Below, in pieces: positions 47,728 through 61,950 of a DNA stretch of 64,000 nt (position 1 is its first letter; every line of letters starts with the position of its first letter). A program made the position numbers and the translations under genes. The notes below the pieces were generated by a model. It was not told the DNA's origin. It was given only the letters and a program-made list of their open reading frames with translations, and searched no databases. This DNA is from Eledone cirrhosa (taxonomy: Eukaryota), in the NCBI GenBank assembly GCA_964016885.1, contig OZ024743.1, positions 276,148,001 through 276,212,000 of the forward strand. The letters run 5' to 3'.

Positions 47728-48289
47728 TACAGAAAAGGAAGAGGAGGTGGTGGTGGTGGTGTTGAGAGAAACCATAAATCTGTAAGCATAAGTACCTATG
47801 TCTGTGTACATACACAAGTTGTTTATATGCAAGCCACTGTGTGTGTGTGTGTGCGTGTAAAAATGACTATGTTGAAAAGTATGCTTACACTGACTGGATC
47901 AAACACACACATGAACCCTTATAACTTATACATGCTACTTTATGATTATGAATATGGAAGCATGTATAATGTCCATGCACACACAGATCTGTATATATAA
48001 AAACCAATATATGCTTGTTTAAGTGTGTATGAATATATGCATTCATAGTGCACATGCACATGCACATACCACTCTCCACATTCCTGCCATTATGGAAAAG
48101 AGACAATATATTTTATATATATCAGATAGGGTGTGGTAAAATACCAGGTGGACTATAACCCACCAGAGTACTCGATACTTGCGGTAGTAGATTGGGTAAT
48201 ATGAAAAGGTTCAGGACCCAGATGGCTGAGCTCCAGCTGTCAAAATGGCCGGAGCACAGCCGTCGGGGTCCTGAATGTTTCTATATATA

Positions 48290-49154
48290 TCTATCTATAT
48301 ATATAAAACTGTGGTTGTCTGTCTGTCTATCGATTTTTGGCACACATCTCCTCTTAGAATCTCTCACGGAATTGCACCGAAATTGCTATACTTGTACATT
48401 GAGCCCTAGCGAAGACATCGAAAAAAAAAATTTCAAATTGACCCACCCTATGTGACGAAATCGAATATAATGTATCGATTTTTGAGCGTAAGTTATCAGT
48501 TATTTCCCTTTGTTCTGTTTACATAAAAAATTACGCTGGCTTTAACAGTTGTCGAGCCAGCAAAATATTGACCTGCAAAATTCATCAGTTCGAACACTAA
48601 GCTTCCGTTTTGCTTCATTTCCATTTAAAAGCATTTTAAAACAATATTTTTACTTGAAAACAAGTCTATTTAAAGACTACGTAAAACAAGCAAATATTTC
48701 GTCGTTAGGCGTGCAGACAGACAGTCGTGCAGACAGACAGTCGTGCAGAGAGGTGATATACGCGTGCAGACAGACAGTCGTGCAGAGAGGTGATATAGGC
48801 GTGCAGACAGACAGTCGTGCAGAGAGGTGATATAGGTGTGCAGACAGACATAACTGATAATTTGGTTACGCTAATGTTTTTCTCTGCGTTGCAGTGTTTA
48901 CATTTTCGATCTTTGTTAATAAATAACCAGTGCAGTTTCTATCCCCAGCATCCTCTTTTGTTATAACATTCGGGTTATCGTTATGTTTTCTTCACTTCAT
49001 AAGGCATATTGTTGGTTGAGGGAATATTAATCAAAAACACCACATGCAAGTCTGCACATTAGACACTACAGTTTTTAAGCCAATAAAGAAACTTAACATT
49101 GTAACTTTAACACAGCTACTGAGCGACCCCGAGCAACGCCGGGCTTTACTGCTA

Positions 49155-49155
<1 letters not shown>
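48290..49155 (+). mobile_element. Non-autonomous Helitron
   Basis: 5' end A|TCTATCTATATATATAAAA...tgtctgtctgtc (start may be 48294). 3' hairpin cccgagcaacgccggg (49128-49143), then CTAG|T at 49152-49156. It is inserted between A and T with no TSD. Confidence 0.85.
48708..48850. repeat. 37-bp minisatellite inside the Helitron
   Basis: ggcgtgcagacagacagtcgtgcagagaggtgatata x3, plus partial units. Confidence 0.95.
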
Positions 49156-49194
<39 letters not shown>

Positions 49195-49199
49195 TATAA

Positions 49200-49445
49200 C
49201 ATTTTCCCTTTTCAGTTTTCTAAGAGATGGTGGTGACTTGAATAGACAGGTTTTTCCCGTTTCTGCCCCTGCCCACTTTCCTCTATCTTTCTATTTCTTC
49301 TTTAATTTCTCATTCTATTTTCTGATAAAGGACTGGCATCCGAAACGTTAAGACTCTTTTCCTACTATGTCAAGCGTAAAACTAATATATTTCCTCATTG
49401 TACTATGCCGTTTGCTTTGTTATTTCCGTTTGCCTTTTGCATTTG
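49200..49445 (+). mobile_element. PLE-like terminal fragment with degenerate minimal hammerhead (49318-49353)
   Basis: tttt-CTGATaA-a-GGA ctggca TCC-GAAAC-GTT-aaga, followed by caagcgtaaaactaata. It is bounded by (TA)n and (TG)n. Confidence 0.55.
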
Positions 49446-51296
49446 TGTGTGTGTGTGTGTGCGCACACACACACGGCAGTGGTTTATTTCCAAATATAAA
49501 CAAAATCATACATGCGTGTGTTGTGTGCAAATGTACGTGCACACACCCACACATCTATATACTACTTGTGGCATGAGATGTTCAATATATATTTGCATGT
49601 ATATTGCTCTTTGCAAGCTGTTAGTTTGTGTGTGCGTGCGCACCATATAACAAATTGGATTGATCAGTACGTACTTCAAATATTGCCTTTAGAGTCTTTT
49701 ATTCAACCAGTAAATGTAAGAGATAATATAAAATTTCAGATATTTATTTTTAATACTAGAATCTTTTGGTGTTGATAACATATCAATATCAATAATACAT
49801 ACCACTAACAGTTATTACATGTAGTTTAATCTACTCACAATAAAAGTTATGTATGTTTATTATACATAAGGATATTGTATATCTTTCGTATATGCCTTTT
49901 TTGTATCATGCTGTGTTAGTACTACTGATAAATTGAAGTTTTTGTTGTTGCTTCATGGTCCTTGTAGATTGAATGATTAACGTGGTACCCTAGGTGATCA
50001 TAAGGGAAATGATGACAACATCCCTACTGTTGGTGATCTACATGATAAAAGCACCCAATACTCACTCTAGAGTGGTTGATATTCTGAAAGGCATCCAACC
50101 GTGGAAAGCTAGGTTGGGAGGGCCCTTCATTTGTGTTAAACACATGGAAAACTCTTTAGTGTTGGTGCCACGATAAAATGCATTTAGTAGAACGCAGTAC
50201 CGTAAGTAAGCAAGATGTGAACCCTCAACCTGTTTGGGAGGTCAGTGGCCTCGTTTTAGTACTGAATCAGTCTGAAAACCCATCCAACTCTTGATAGCAT
50301 GTTAAGCGGATATTCATTGATGATGATGATGATGATCATGATGACAGTTAAAGACTGGATAGGAAAAGAAGCAAAAATACCCTAACACCAAATCAATCAT
50401 TTTGTGACCATATTTCGAATAAAATATACTCTATTTTAATTAATTATTAAAGAATGTTTTGAGGGATTTACTAAAACTATTAATTATTTAATTACTAAGA
50501 TAGTGAACTTAACATATGGTTCCCAGATAAAATTAAGCTGGAAGATTTTGTAATTTACAATGGAAATCCTCTAAAATGGGTGGTTTTATTTCATACAACC
50601 AGGCCTAGTTTTGGCTGAGTAAGTAGCAAAAGGATTAAGAACAATGCCCAGACAGTCACAAAGTACCACAGCATGTCTAAGTGTGATCCTCTACCAAATA
50701 GAAATAGTATATCTGGTACAAACAAGTACTTAAATGTTACTACTTACTTTATTGCCCAAAGAATGGTGAAAGACAGTTGGTCCTAGCAAAAATTTGTACT
50801 CAAAATATTACTAAACAGTGAAAGTTAGCTTATTGCTCTACTAATGCTGCCAATCCACACTCTACTTAACAACAATAACAAGCATAATGATAAGTGTTCT
50901 GGATCAGAGAACAATTACACATTAACTCACGTGGAACACTTGATAAGAGAAAGCAACAAAACAACAAATTCAATGAATGGGTTTATTATATTAATAGATA
51001 AAAGTGTGTGTATATGTGAGTATGTATGAATGTTCTGGTTTTATCATTTTTATAAATTGTCACCAATACTGAGTCTGTTTCTAACATAGACACAAGACTC
51101 ATTGGAATTTAGACAATATCAACTAGGTAAATACTGATGTATGTTTCTGTATGTATTTGTGGCAAGTAGGAGTGTTATTGCATGTGTGGATCTATATGTT
51201 TTGAGTAATATGCATACACGTGCATGTTTTTCTGTATCTATACATGTGTATATGCAGTTATTAAATGCTTCTTTTTTCACCCACTTATTCCTGTGA

Positions 51297-51362
51297 GGGT
51301 TGTGGGAGGCAGAGTCCTCATCTAGGCCTTCCAGTGGGTCCTGTCATGCTGAATTTCTGAGG
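51297..51362 (-). pseudogene. Possible very short Rex3-like LINE C-terminal remnant
   Basis: The minus strand reads EIQHDRTHWKA*MRTLPPTT, similar to the DR..W...L..LPP end at 21280-21320. Confidence 0.3.
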
Positions 51363-52948
51363 CTTCTGTGCAGATTCCATCAACTCCAGTTCACTGACCC
51401 AAGGCTATGATAAAAGACACTTTTCTAAGAAGCAACAGAGTGACAAAAACTTAACTATTCCAGCATAACATTTACATGGCAAAGATAAACTTTTGAATAA
51501 CAGATAATTGTTTCTACTTTAGGCACAAGGCCAGCAATTATTCAGTGCATTACTGGTACTTTATTTTATCGACCCCGTAAGGATGAAAGGCAAAGTCAAC
51601 CTCGGCGGGATTAACAGATAATATCCAACTGAAAGGCCTCAAACCATCATCATCTTTTAATGTCTGCATTCCCTGCTAGCAAGAATTGGATGGGTCATCA
51701 GCAGACCAGGTCAGTATGCAAGCAGAGGTACTGATTCCATGGATTAACCAGGTATCTGCATATCTCATTCATTCCTACACTCTACCAAGAGTGATAACCC
51801 TACAACTCAAATATATATGATCCCATGCACTACCAAGTGCATTTTATCAGCACTAGGGGAGATTGTCATGTCTTTAACAAAGCTGAAGTGTCAACCTGAC
51901 CCTTTAACACAGATTGAAGTGTGCGCCTGACCATTTTTCTGTCAGATTTCCCACGGCTGGATACCTTTCCTATCACCAAACTCTCTCCATTTATCATGTT
52001 GTATATGGGAGATTGTCCTATTTTTGACACAGCTGAAGAGTCCTCTCAAAAACAGTTTCTTCAAACCCAGGCTTAGGCTAACCCAAGGTTATGGTAATAA
52101 ACACAAACCCAAGGTGCCATGCAGCAGGACTGAACCTGGAAACCCTTGATTGCAAAGCCAACTCCTTAACCACTAAGCCATGTCTACATCCTTTTTCTAT
52201 TTAATACAGTGGGACAAGTGTAAGTAGCATGAAGACAGTATAGTTTGTGTGAAGAAACAGTTTCAACATGTCACATAAGTCTATACATTGTTGTTGTTGT
52301 TGTTGAATCTTTAGAAAACTGGGGTTAATAAAACAAACAGACCTTAAAGTAGCTGGAATAATTATAAGACAGGAAAAGCTCATTCAAAGAAGAAGCAAAA
52401 AAATAACTAAAAAATAAAAACAAAAATACTGTTTCATGTTAATTTTGTTGTGGTAGTTGATTTTTTGGTACATACTCCCTCCCAATGTGTGATGTTTTGC
52501 CACCACCCTCTCCACTCATTTCACATGTTTTTTATCTAAGGAATCAATTATTATTATTATTATTATTAAAGCAACAAGCAATATGTGTGTGGTGATGATG
52601 GTGAGGTATATAGAGGGGTGGAGTGTAATGCTGGCAAGCTTCTTCTGATTAAGAAGAAAAAAAAGCCACAACTTGAAAGCTATAAGGAGGAAATGAGCAC
52701 TTTCTTTTAATTTAATATTTTAATTAACACTTAATTTACCAAACATAATTTCTGAAGAAAACAAAATCAAACAAAAACATACCCCAAACTTTGTTTATTT
52801 CAAACAATTTTTTTTAGTTTTTTTTTTACTTTTTCTAGTTAAATTATTGTCATTATTTCTTTTAGTGTTATTTTCTACAAAAATGGAAGTATATTAAAAA
52901 AGAAAAAGTAGGAAAATAACTGATAAAGATAAAAGAAAAAAAGTGATT

Positions 52949-52985
<37 letters not shown>

Positions 52986-54945
52986 AGATGGGAGTGGGAG
53001 AGAAGAGTGGGAGAATGCTTTCCATGATAAAGGATTCCTCCACTGCCACCACCACCTTTATTCTTGTTTATAAAAGGGGCGAAGGGAGAAAGGAGATGAA
53101 TCTAAGAAAAAAAATGGTGGTTTGGGGGTGGACATTTTTTTTAACAAGAGCAAAGGAAAAGATCTTCTGGGGGTATTTTGACACCTTGATTCCAAAACAA
53201 TTAAATATTTCACACACGCAACACACATACATACAAAATTTTACTTTAAAAAAAATGTGTAATTATTTTTGTTTATCTATTTATCACAATAATAACACCA
53301 ACAATCACCCTTGTCATCTTTGTCATTCATTAATCCCAACAAAAGTGTTGTTTAAAACAAGCTTACTCCCTATCCTTCCCCCCTCTCTATCGCTCACGCA
53401 CTCTCCTCCACGCACATCTACATATACATATATGTATGCATGTGTGAATGCATGCAGACACAGATTAAAACTAATGGACATCGGGAGATGCAATGATTCA
53501 AACTAACATAATTGCTTATGATAACATCACATCACATCATATCATATCAGCAGAATGAAATAAGACTGGGTGTTGGAAGGGGGAGGAAAGAAAGACAAGG
53601 AAAGCAAGAGAGTTGGTGGTAGTTGAGGTGATGTGAGATGTAAAACAGAGGGAATGAGGCATAAGTATTGGTAATTTAGCTGACTGGCACTGCCCGAGAA
53701 GTGGAGTTAATTCTAATTCAATAGAGCATGGAACTTTCCCTATCAGAAAACACAAACTTTATAATAAGCCATCATCTAGGAAGAATTGTCATATTTTACA
53801 GATGAGGTGTGCCAAACAGAGGTCAGTATGGTTAAACATTCACAGTTAAGGTGTGCCAAAATGGGTGGCTTTGCTTAAACATGTGGAAACTTAAAAACGA
53901 AAATTTAGCAGATACCACACACATACACACATCAAAGGCATACATTTAATATGAGACATTTAGAAGAAATATATAGCTATTATCTGTTTATATATGCCTT
54001 ACACATCATTATACACATTCTACTGTGTGTAACATGGTCAACTGAATACACACGTGTGCAGGGGGTGGGGGTTCTTTCTGGGGGAGAGGGAGGGGGGGGG
54101 GCATTTAAGGCTTAGCACTCTACTAGACAGGTTGCCTACAATGTGGTTTGCTGAATCCTCATCTCCCCTGTTAATTGACTTCCTTAGAATGTGTTGTGAA
54201 TTAACACACACGTTATGTGTGTGTGTTTCTGAGTGTATTTGTCGGTGCATACATTGTGTAACATGTTTTTCCTGCAAGCAAGGGTTGGATGGACAGCCCC
54301 AGACCAAATCAGTACTTAATCAGAACTACTGACCACTCAGATGAGTCAGGGGCCCTGCATCTCAATTACATATGTTCTTCAGATTCTAAGTGAATCAGAT
54401 GCATTTTATTATGACGCCTACACTAGGAAGGTGGTCATGTGTTTGACACAGCTAAAGAATTCTCCAGGTGTGTGTGTGTTTCCATGCGCACTAAATAAAT
54501 ATTTGTTTCTTTTTCCATTGCTTCACATTTTCTAAATCTCTCTTTGTGATGAAGACTTAAACAAAACAACAAGAAACCTTGATTGCAAATTCAATGTAAA
54601 ACAAACAAACAACAATGTAGGAATTGGAAAAAATAGTAAGGTGAAGATGAAAATCACAACTACCCCCATAAATAATAATAATAATGATGATGATGATGAT
54701 GCCCTTTTTTTAAAAAGGGGATAGAGAATTGTTCCATAAAGGATTTGTCAAATGTCAGATGTGAAAGATCCCTTTAGCTACTAGAAGATAAAATACAAAA
54801 ATGCATTTTATATAATTATTTTTCTCTTTCATTATCCTTAATTAGAGAAACTATTGTCGTCAACATAAAGTTAATTAGCATTCACTCACACATACAGGCA
54901 TGCAAAGACACAGATGCATGCATACATACATACATACATACATAC

Positions 54946-54986
<41 letters not shown>

Positions 54987-55455
54987 GTGGAGATGTGAAT
55001 ACAAACTAAGTAATTAAATAAGTATACAATTACACAAACTCATTCAGATATAGACACATATACACACGCACACACGAACAGACACACTTGTACACATACA
55101 AATAGAGAAATACACAAGATGAGAGGCAGATATACAGAAATCACACACAAACAACTAGAAAAGCCCCATTGGACAATTGATAAATAAAAACTAATAAATA
55201 ACTGTTAAAACATTTATAAAAACTCACACATATGCACATACCCACACAATTCTTGGATGGAGGCATACACACCCATAGGCATAGGTGTGCACCCACACAA
55301 ATGCATGTGCATTCAAACACAAATACATGTGTAAACACACACAAATGCAAGTATAACCCACAATGACAGGTGATATAAGAGTTGCCACATTATATATATA
55401 TATATATATATATATACAGAGAGAGAGAGAGAGCCATCATAGAGCCACACAATTG

Positions 55456-55524
<69 letters not shown>

Positions 55525-55914
55525 ATCTATAGATTAATTTTAATTAACATGTACCAAGTCGCCATTTAAAATTGGTTTTTATTTTTTGTTATATTTTCTT
55601 CACTAAAAACATTTGAAATACATGCGCATGTGTGTATGTGTGTGTAGATTTGTGTGTGTATCCGGTTTCATGTTGAAAAAAAAAATTAAGAATAATTAGA
55701 TGAAAAAAGTGAAAGTTACAGATTTTACACAATTTTTAATTAGTTCTATAAAAGTTAATTGCATATTGTTCAGTAATGATATTAAATATATCTATACATA
55801 TACACACACACACACACGATTATACATATATATACACCAAAAAGTGGCAAGGATGATAGAATAAATACCATCCAAATACCTCTCAAACCTCATTCAACCA
55901 TTTTGAAAAAGATC

Positions 55915-56192
55915 ATGTATTTCCAAGTATACAGTCCCTTTAGAAAAAAGATGAGATGGTCATGGTGGGAATGCATTTTATATACGTGTGTGCATGTCTT
56001 GCTTGATCAGGCTAGGCTTGTAGAGCTAAACACAGACCACAACACAAAAAGAAGATGTATTTCCAAGTATACAGTTCCTCTAGAAAAAAGGTGAGATGGT
56101 CATGGTGGGAATGCATTATATATGTATATATGTGTGTGAGTGTTTTGTTCAATCAGGGTCGGATTGTAGAGCTTAACACAGGCTAAAACACA
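55915..56192 (+). repeat. 140-bp tandem duplication of a SINE-tail-like segment
   Basis: atgtatttccaagtatacagt...gagatggtcatggtgggaatgcatt starts at both 55915 and 56055. Confidence 0.9.
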
Positions 56193-56259
56193 TATATATA
56201 CATACTTACACACGCGCTTCATCAATGTATATGTATATGTGAGAATGTGTGCGTGTGTG

Positions 56260-56309
<50 letters not shown>

Positions 56310-57188
56310 TGTGTGTGTGTGTGATGGTGTTTGTTGGGTTGTTTGACATTGTTTAACTGGGAAGAAAGAAAAAGATCAACAACAATGAAAACAATAAATA
56401 TTATAAATAGCTTCTTATTCTTTCTTTTTAAAAAGTAGTCCTGTTGAAATAAATTTCAAACTGTTCACTTCCATGTGACAACACAGACAAGTGCCAAATA
56501 ATGCCTGCATAAAAGCCTCTTTGAGACGAAGAAAAAGCACGCAAGATCAAAGTTTCTGCGAAATCAAAGGATTTCTAACTAAGAAAAGATATCACAGAAT
56601 TTGAAATACATCACGCAGAGAGAACAGAGCAAGTAATATTATACATAACTAACCATACATACACATGCATTTGTCCACATATGCATATGTACCTATCTCT
56701 ATATATATGCACACAGACACATACATGTGTGTGTGTGTAGACACACGCATGCAGCCTATGGCAGATGTAAAGAAGTGCCTTTTTTATATTTTTTTTTTTT
56801 TTAGAAATTGCATTCATTTAAATTTCTGCTTTAGCTTATCTTCAGATTAAAATGAGCAAGAGATAAAAGTGTTTTTGGACACATTTATATATATGCATTC
56901 ACACACACACATATATACATCTATAAGTAAATATATATATATACACACACACGTACGTATGTATGTACGTATGTATGTATAAGGCAAATTGATAGAGTCG
57001 TTAGAATGTTGGATAAAAAGCGTCGCTGTATTTGTTGTGACACAAAATCCACCAAGGTCAATATTGCCTTTCATCCTTCCAAGGTCAATAAAGAAGTACC
57101 AGTCCTGAACTGGGTTGATTCACTCTTTATATCTTTTTCACTTCTTCGCAACCACTCTCTCATACATATCAGTTAAGGAGACATACAA

Positions 57189-57240
<52 letters not shown>

Positions 57241-57411
57241 GGTTTCAATCCCTAGATTGTGACAGTACCAGAGCCCTGCCTTTAAGGGTTAGGTCAGATA
57301 TATCAACCCAGTGTCCATAGCATTCTATCGATTTCCATTTGACATACTGTTAAGTTACAAGACATAAAGGATTCTTATACTGGTGTAAACAAAACAGACA
57401 CACAGACACAG

Positions 57412-57450
<39 letters not shown>

Positions 57451-57784
57451 AACTTAAAAGCTGATACACTGACTATTTGATTTTGAACAGGTAACCATAT
57501 CTGTGTGTTGTAAGAGACACCTAAAACGGTTAGTACTAGGAAGGGAATTTTGCTATAGCGTTGCCACAAAAAGAACCCCCCAATGAATATAAAACCTTTC
57601 AAGGATAAACCATAAGTTAGAAGAGGGAAAAAAATGACCTTAAAATGCTTGTTGTATACACATATACATAAAGAAGAAAGAATTAATTAGGCAAAATAAG
57701 TAGTTAGTACACAGGTATTTAGATCAATTAATTGCAAGACAAAGATTTCTGCACAGTTAGCTTACCTTATTGGTGGAAGGGCAC

Positions 57785-57999
57785 CAGTACTACCATATTA
57801 CAGGGGAGACTGAGGGCCTTTTGTCCTAGCATCAGTACTACCATATTACAGGGTGAACTGAGTACCTTTTGCCCTAGTACCAATACTACCATATTACAGG
57901 GGGGGACTGAGGGCATTTTGTCCTAGCGTCAGTACTACCACATTACAGGGTGAACTGAGTACCTTTTGTCCTAGCATCAGTACTACCATATTACAGGGG
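57785..57999. repeat. 48-bp minisatellite, 4.5 units, alternating A/B
   Basis: Units start at 57785, 57833, 57881, 57930 and 57978, each beginning with cagtactaccatattacaggg or a one-base variant. Confidence 0.95.
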
Positions 58000-58426
58000 A
58001 AACAGTGCTGTTTACAATAGCAGCAACATGAACACTTTACATGCTTTGTATCCTTGTAAGATGAGATGAGAGAGACTCGCATGCATGAACGACAGATGGT
58101 TTTCCTCAAAACACTGCATCCAGGCAAGAACCTCAGAAAAGGTTAATCCATGGCCAGTTATAATCCAGTCATGGATGCACAACCCTTGTACAGGTATGAC
58201 ATAAGGGAGTACCTTTCCTAAGATGAAATGGTTTTAAAATGAATAACTAGTTGTTAATCTAACTAGTGTGTATATAAAGGTAAAAATCCAAGCACAATGC
58301 CTGGCAGTTTTGGTTTGTATTTGGCAAACCATTTCAAGGGTATACTACCCATATATATATATACACACACACACATTCATGAAAGCATAAAAAAACAAAG
58401 CGGCGATGATGATATATACATACATA

Positions 58427-58459
<33 letters not shown>

Positions 58460-58821
58460 TGAGAAATATGAGAAAGAAAAAAACTATGTGCCAAGACATG
58501 AAAAGATTATTTTAAATTAAATTAACAAGATAAACACTATAAAGGAAAAATAAATACATATGCGGCCATGGTATGTATATGTATATACACCATGTATGTG
58601 TGTATGTGTGTGTGTATATATATATAAAATAAACTAAACTAATGACTGACAATGATTGTGGTATGGAGATATATCCACACACACACACTGTGTGTGTGTG
58701 TGTGTGTGTGTGTGCTTGAAATAAATGACTGGTTAATGAGAGTGGTTGCGGTGGTAAGGAAATATATACACATATATAAAATAAACAGAAGTAATTGAAA
58801 AGAGAATGGGAAATGATTTTC

Positions 58822-58870
<49 letters not shown>

Positions 58871-59404
58871 ATATATATATAAATATATACACATACACAC
58901 ACACATATATATATATATATAAACAAAGGAAAATATGAAAAGGTTTGATGGTGACCTCAAGATGAAGCGCATACATATGTTGTGTGTGAGTGTGTGTGTG
59001 TACACACACACACATACATACATATAAGCATATATGTGGAACTGCTGCTACCGTTTGAGGAAAGAAAGAAAGAAGGAACTTCCAGCTTCAGAAACTTAAA
59101 GAGAAAAAAATTAGTGACGGTGACATAGTTGGTTATATATTATAATATGAATGTTTCGAAGAAGGAATTGCTCAATTTTTAATATAAAGATATAGTGGGT
59201 GGGTGGGTGGGTGGGATGAGCGAGTATGAGAGGGATTAGGACCCTGAAGAACATGAAAGTCTAATAGTTTCATTCTGTTGCCAAAGATTATTAGCTGGAA
59301 TCCCTCAAAGAAACATGAAACAGAAATAAAATTGTTGAAGATTTAGAAGAGCCTAGTTGGTCGTTGTTGGTAAAATCCTTACAAGGAACTTGCATTGGTG
59401 GTAA

Positions 59405-59845
59405 ATAATGATTTCTAGTATAGGCACAAGGCCAGTAATTTACGGGGAGGGGAAAGTCAATTAAATCGACACCAGTATGTTACTGGTACTTTATTTTATC
59501 AACCGCATAAGGATGAAAGCCAAAGCTAACCTCGGTAGGATTTCAACTCAGGACATAAAGGGTCGTAACTCTTTGCTGCGAAGCATGTTCTCTGACACTA
59601 TCGATACTACCAATCCACCGCCCAAATAGTAGTAGTAATAATAATTGGTTTTGATTTCGGTACAAGTCCAACAATGGTACTTTATTTTATCAACCCCATA
59701 AGGATGAAAGGCAAAGCTAACCTCAAGAGGATTTGAACTCAGAACATAATATGCCACAAAACATGTCTGACACTCTACTAATACTGCCAGCCCCCCACCC
59801 CTAGTAGTAGTAATAATTCATTCTAATACTGGCACAAGGCCAGCA
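59405..59845 (-). mobile_element. Head-to-tail array of dominant SINE (2 copies plus a tail)
   Basis: Copies at about 59405-59623, 59640-59800 and 59815-59845. Confidence 0.8.
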
Positions 59846-60143
59846 TTTATTTTTATTGTGGGTGAGGTGGTAAGTACAGTATAGAATTATATAAGGTGTT
59901 CAGTTTTCTTGGTCAGAGAGCTCAATATCCATGGCTAATAGAGCAACCCTACAGATCCACGATAACTCTCTCCACATAGGTGAGCGCCCTCTTCCAACAG
60001 CCGATGTCCGACCTACAGAATAATAATAATAATGAGGAGTAGGTTCATGTGTGTGCGCGTGTGCACACATATATATATATAATTAAATTAAACTTATTTA
60101 ATTATGTGTGTGTGTGTGTGTATATATATATATTTATATATAT

Positions 60144-60183
<40 letters not shown>

Positions 60184-60539
60184 CCCATATTTATTTAGTT
60201 AATGAATCCTACAGCACTAGGTCTGTTTCCACTGGAACAATGAGAATTGTGTGTGTGTGTTGACAAACTAAATTTCATGTAACAAAATTTCCATTGAGAA
60301 TTTAATTTAAATATGAACACTTTAGTTATGAGTCGTATTAGGAAGGTTGGCATCAGGTAAATGGTTAAGAGAATATTATCACATGTAGCAGTGCTATCAC
60401 AGAATTTAAAGCATTATACAGTGTTACATCTCTGACAGCCTATCGCTACTACCACAACAAAAATGATAAATCTTTTGTTTATTATTCCTCTCCTCCTTTC
60501 TTCAATGCATTACCTATGATTTCTTTCTGCCAAATTAAA

Positions 60540-61177
60540 ATAATAATGGTTTCTGATTTAAGCACAAGGCCAACAATTTTTTTGGGGGGAGGGGGGCAAT
60601 TAAATTGACTCCAGTGTGTTACTGGTACTTTATTTTATCGACTCGATAAGGATGAAAGGCAAAGCTAACTTCAGTGGCATTTGAACTCAGAATGTAAAGG
60701 GACGTAACTATGCCGCAAAGCATGTTGTCCGAAGCTCTACCGATACTGCCAATTCAGAGCCCTTAAAATAGTAATTGTTTCTACTTTAGGCACAAGGCCA
60801 ACAATTTGAAAGGTGAAGGGAAAGTCGATTAAGTCAACTCCAGTGTGTTACTGGTACTTTATTTTACCGATCCCGTAAGGATAAAAGACAAAGCTAACCT
60901 CAGCGGTATTTGAACTCAGAACATAAAAGGACGTAACTATGCTGCAAAGCATGTTGTCCGACGCTTAACCGATACTGCCAATCCACCGCTCTTATATAAT
61001 AATTGTTTCTACTTTTGGCACAAGCCCAGCAATTATCCCAGTGCATTACTGGTACTTTATTTTATCAACCCCGTAAGGATGAAAGGCAAAGTTAACTTCG
61101 GCGGGATTTGAACTCAGAATGGCAAGGGCCGTAACTCTATGCATCAAAGCATGTCGTCTGACCCTCTACCGATACTC
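60540..61177 (-). mobile_element. Head-to-tail array of three dominant-SINE copies
   Basis: Copies at about 60540-60762, 60771-60991 and 60998-61177; the last is the deletion form. Confidence 0.9.
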
Positions 61178-61304
61178 AGATTATATAATAATGATACCTG
61201 TATATGACTGGTTGACCAGTTCCCTAGAGGTACCATATATCATTCAAATCACACCCTACCATTTTAACTAAATAAAAATACATTGGAGAATTTTAGTCAT
61301 AGAT

Positions 61305-61950
61305 CAGTGGTTCTTAAAAATGACAATCCCCATATTCTAAATTAAATAATATATTAAAAGTAACAAAAATTGTGTTAACCCTTTAATATTTAAATCGGCC
61401 GTATCTGGCCAGAATTCTCTCACCTCTTTCTGTTTAAATCGGCCATAACCTGCTTCTCATACTTATGTTAAGGTATTGCTCTCAAAATATATAATATCTC
61501 AAAGAATCGATATTATGTGAGATAAAGAAAGTGTTTACCGTGAAGATACAATAGTAAATATAGAGTAATGTAAATGCTAAACGGTTACACCATTTTGATA
61601 CAAACCCCACCTGACACCACCTAGGTATTATGATATAAAATTTACACATTTTAAGATGTTCATACTTTTATTAAAACCTTCCTTCATTATATTTAAGAAA
61701 CTTTTGTTAAGTAATGTCCCAAACATCAGCTTACTAAATTTTTTTTATTGTTTTCAAAATAAATTGAAACTCACAAGCCGTGTGTTTATTATAAATATGG
61801 TTACAAAAGAGTTAAACGGAGAATGTATTCATATATTTTTTTTTAAATAATATTTTATTAAGTTTCATTAAAAGATACATTATCTCTTAGAGACCTAAAA
61901 ATAAATCTTGGAAACCTGAGGTTGTTTTGAACCTACTTTTAGAAACACTG
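61305..61950. mobile_element. hAT-like MITE with 8-bp TSD, containing two piggyBac-like MITEs
   Basis: TIRs CAGTGGTTCTTAA and TTAGAAACACTG; TSD tcatagat/tcacagat. Nested TTAA-type elements lie at 61379-61584 and 61590-61811. Confidence 0.7.

Noticed and set aside
52988-53506. 172-aa ORF
   Set aside because: It begins after a TA run, crosses homopolymers and simple repeats, and has no recognisable domain.
57785-57999. CRISPR-like repeat/spacer appearance
   Set aside because: The apparent spacers are homologous to each other, there are no cas genes, and the context is eukaryotic.
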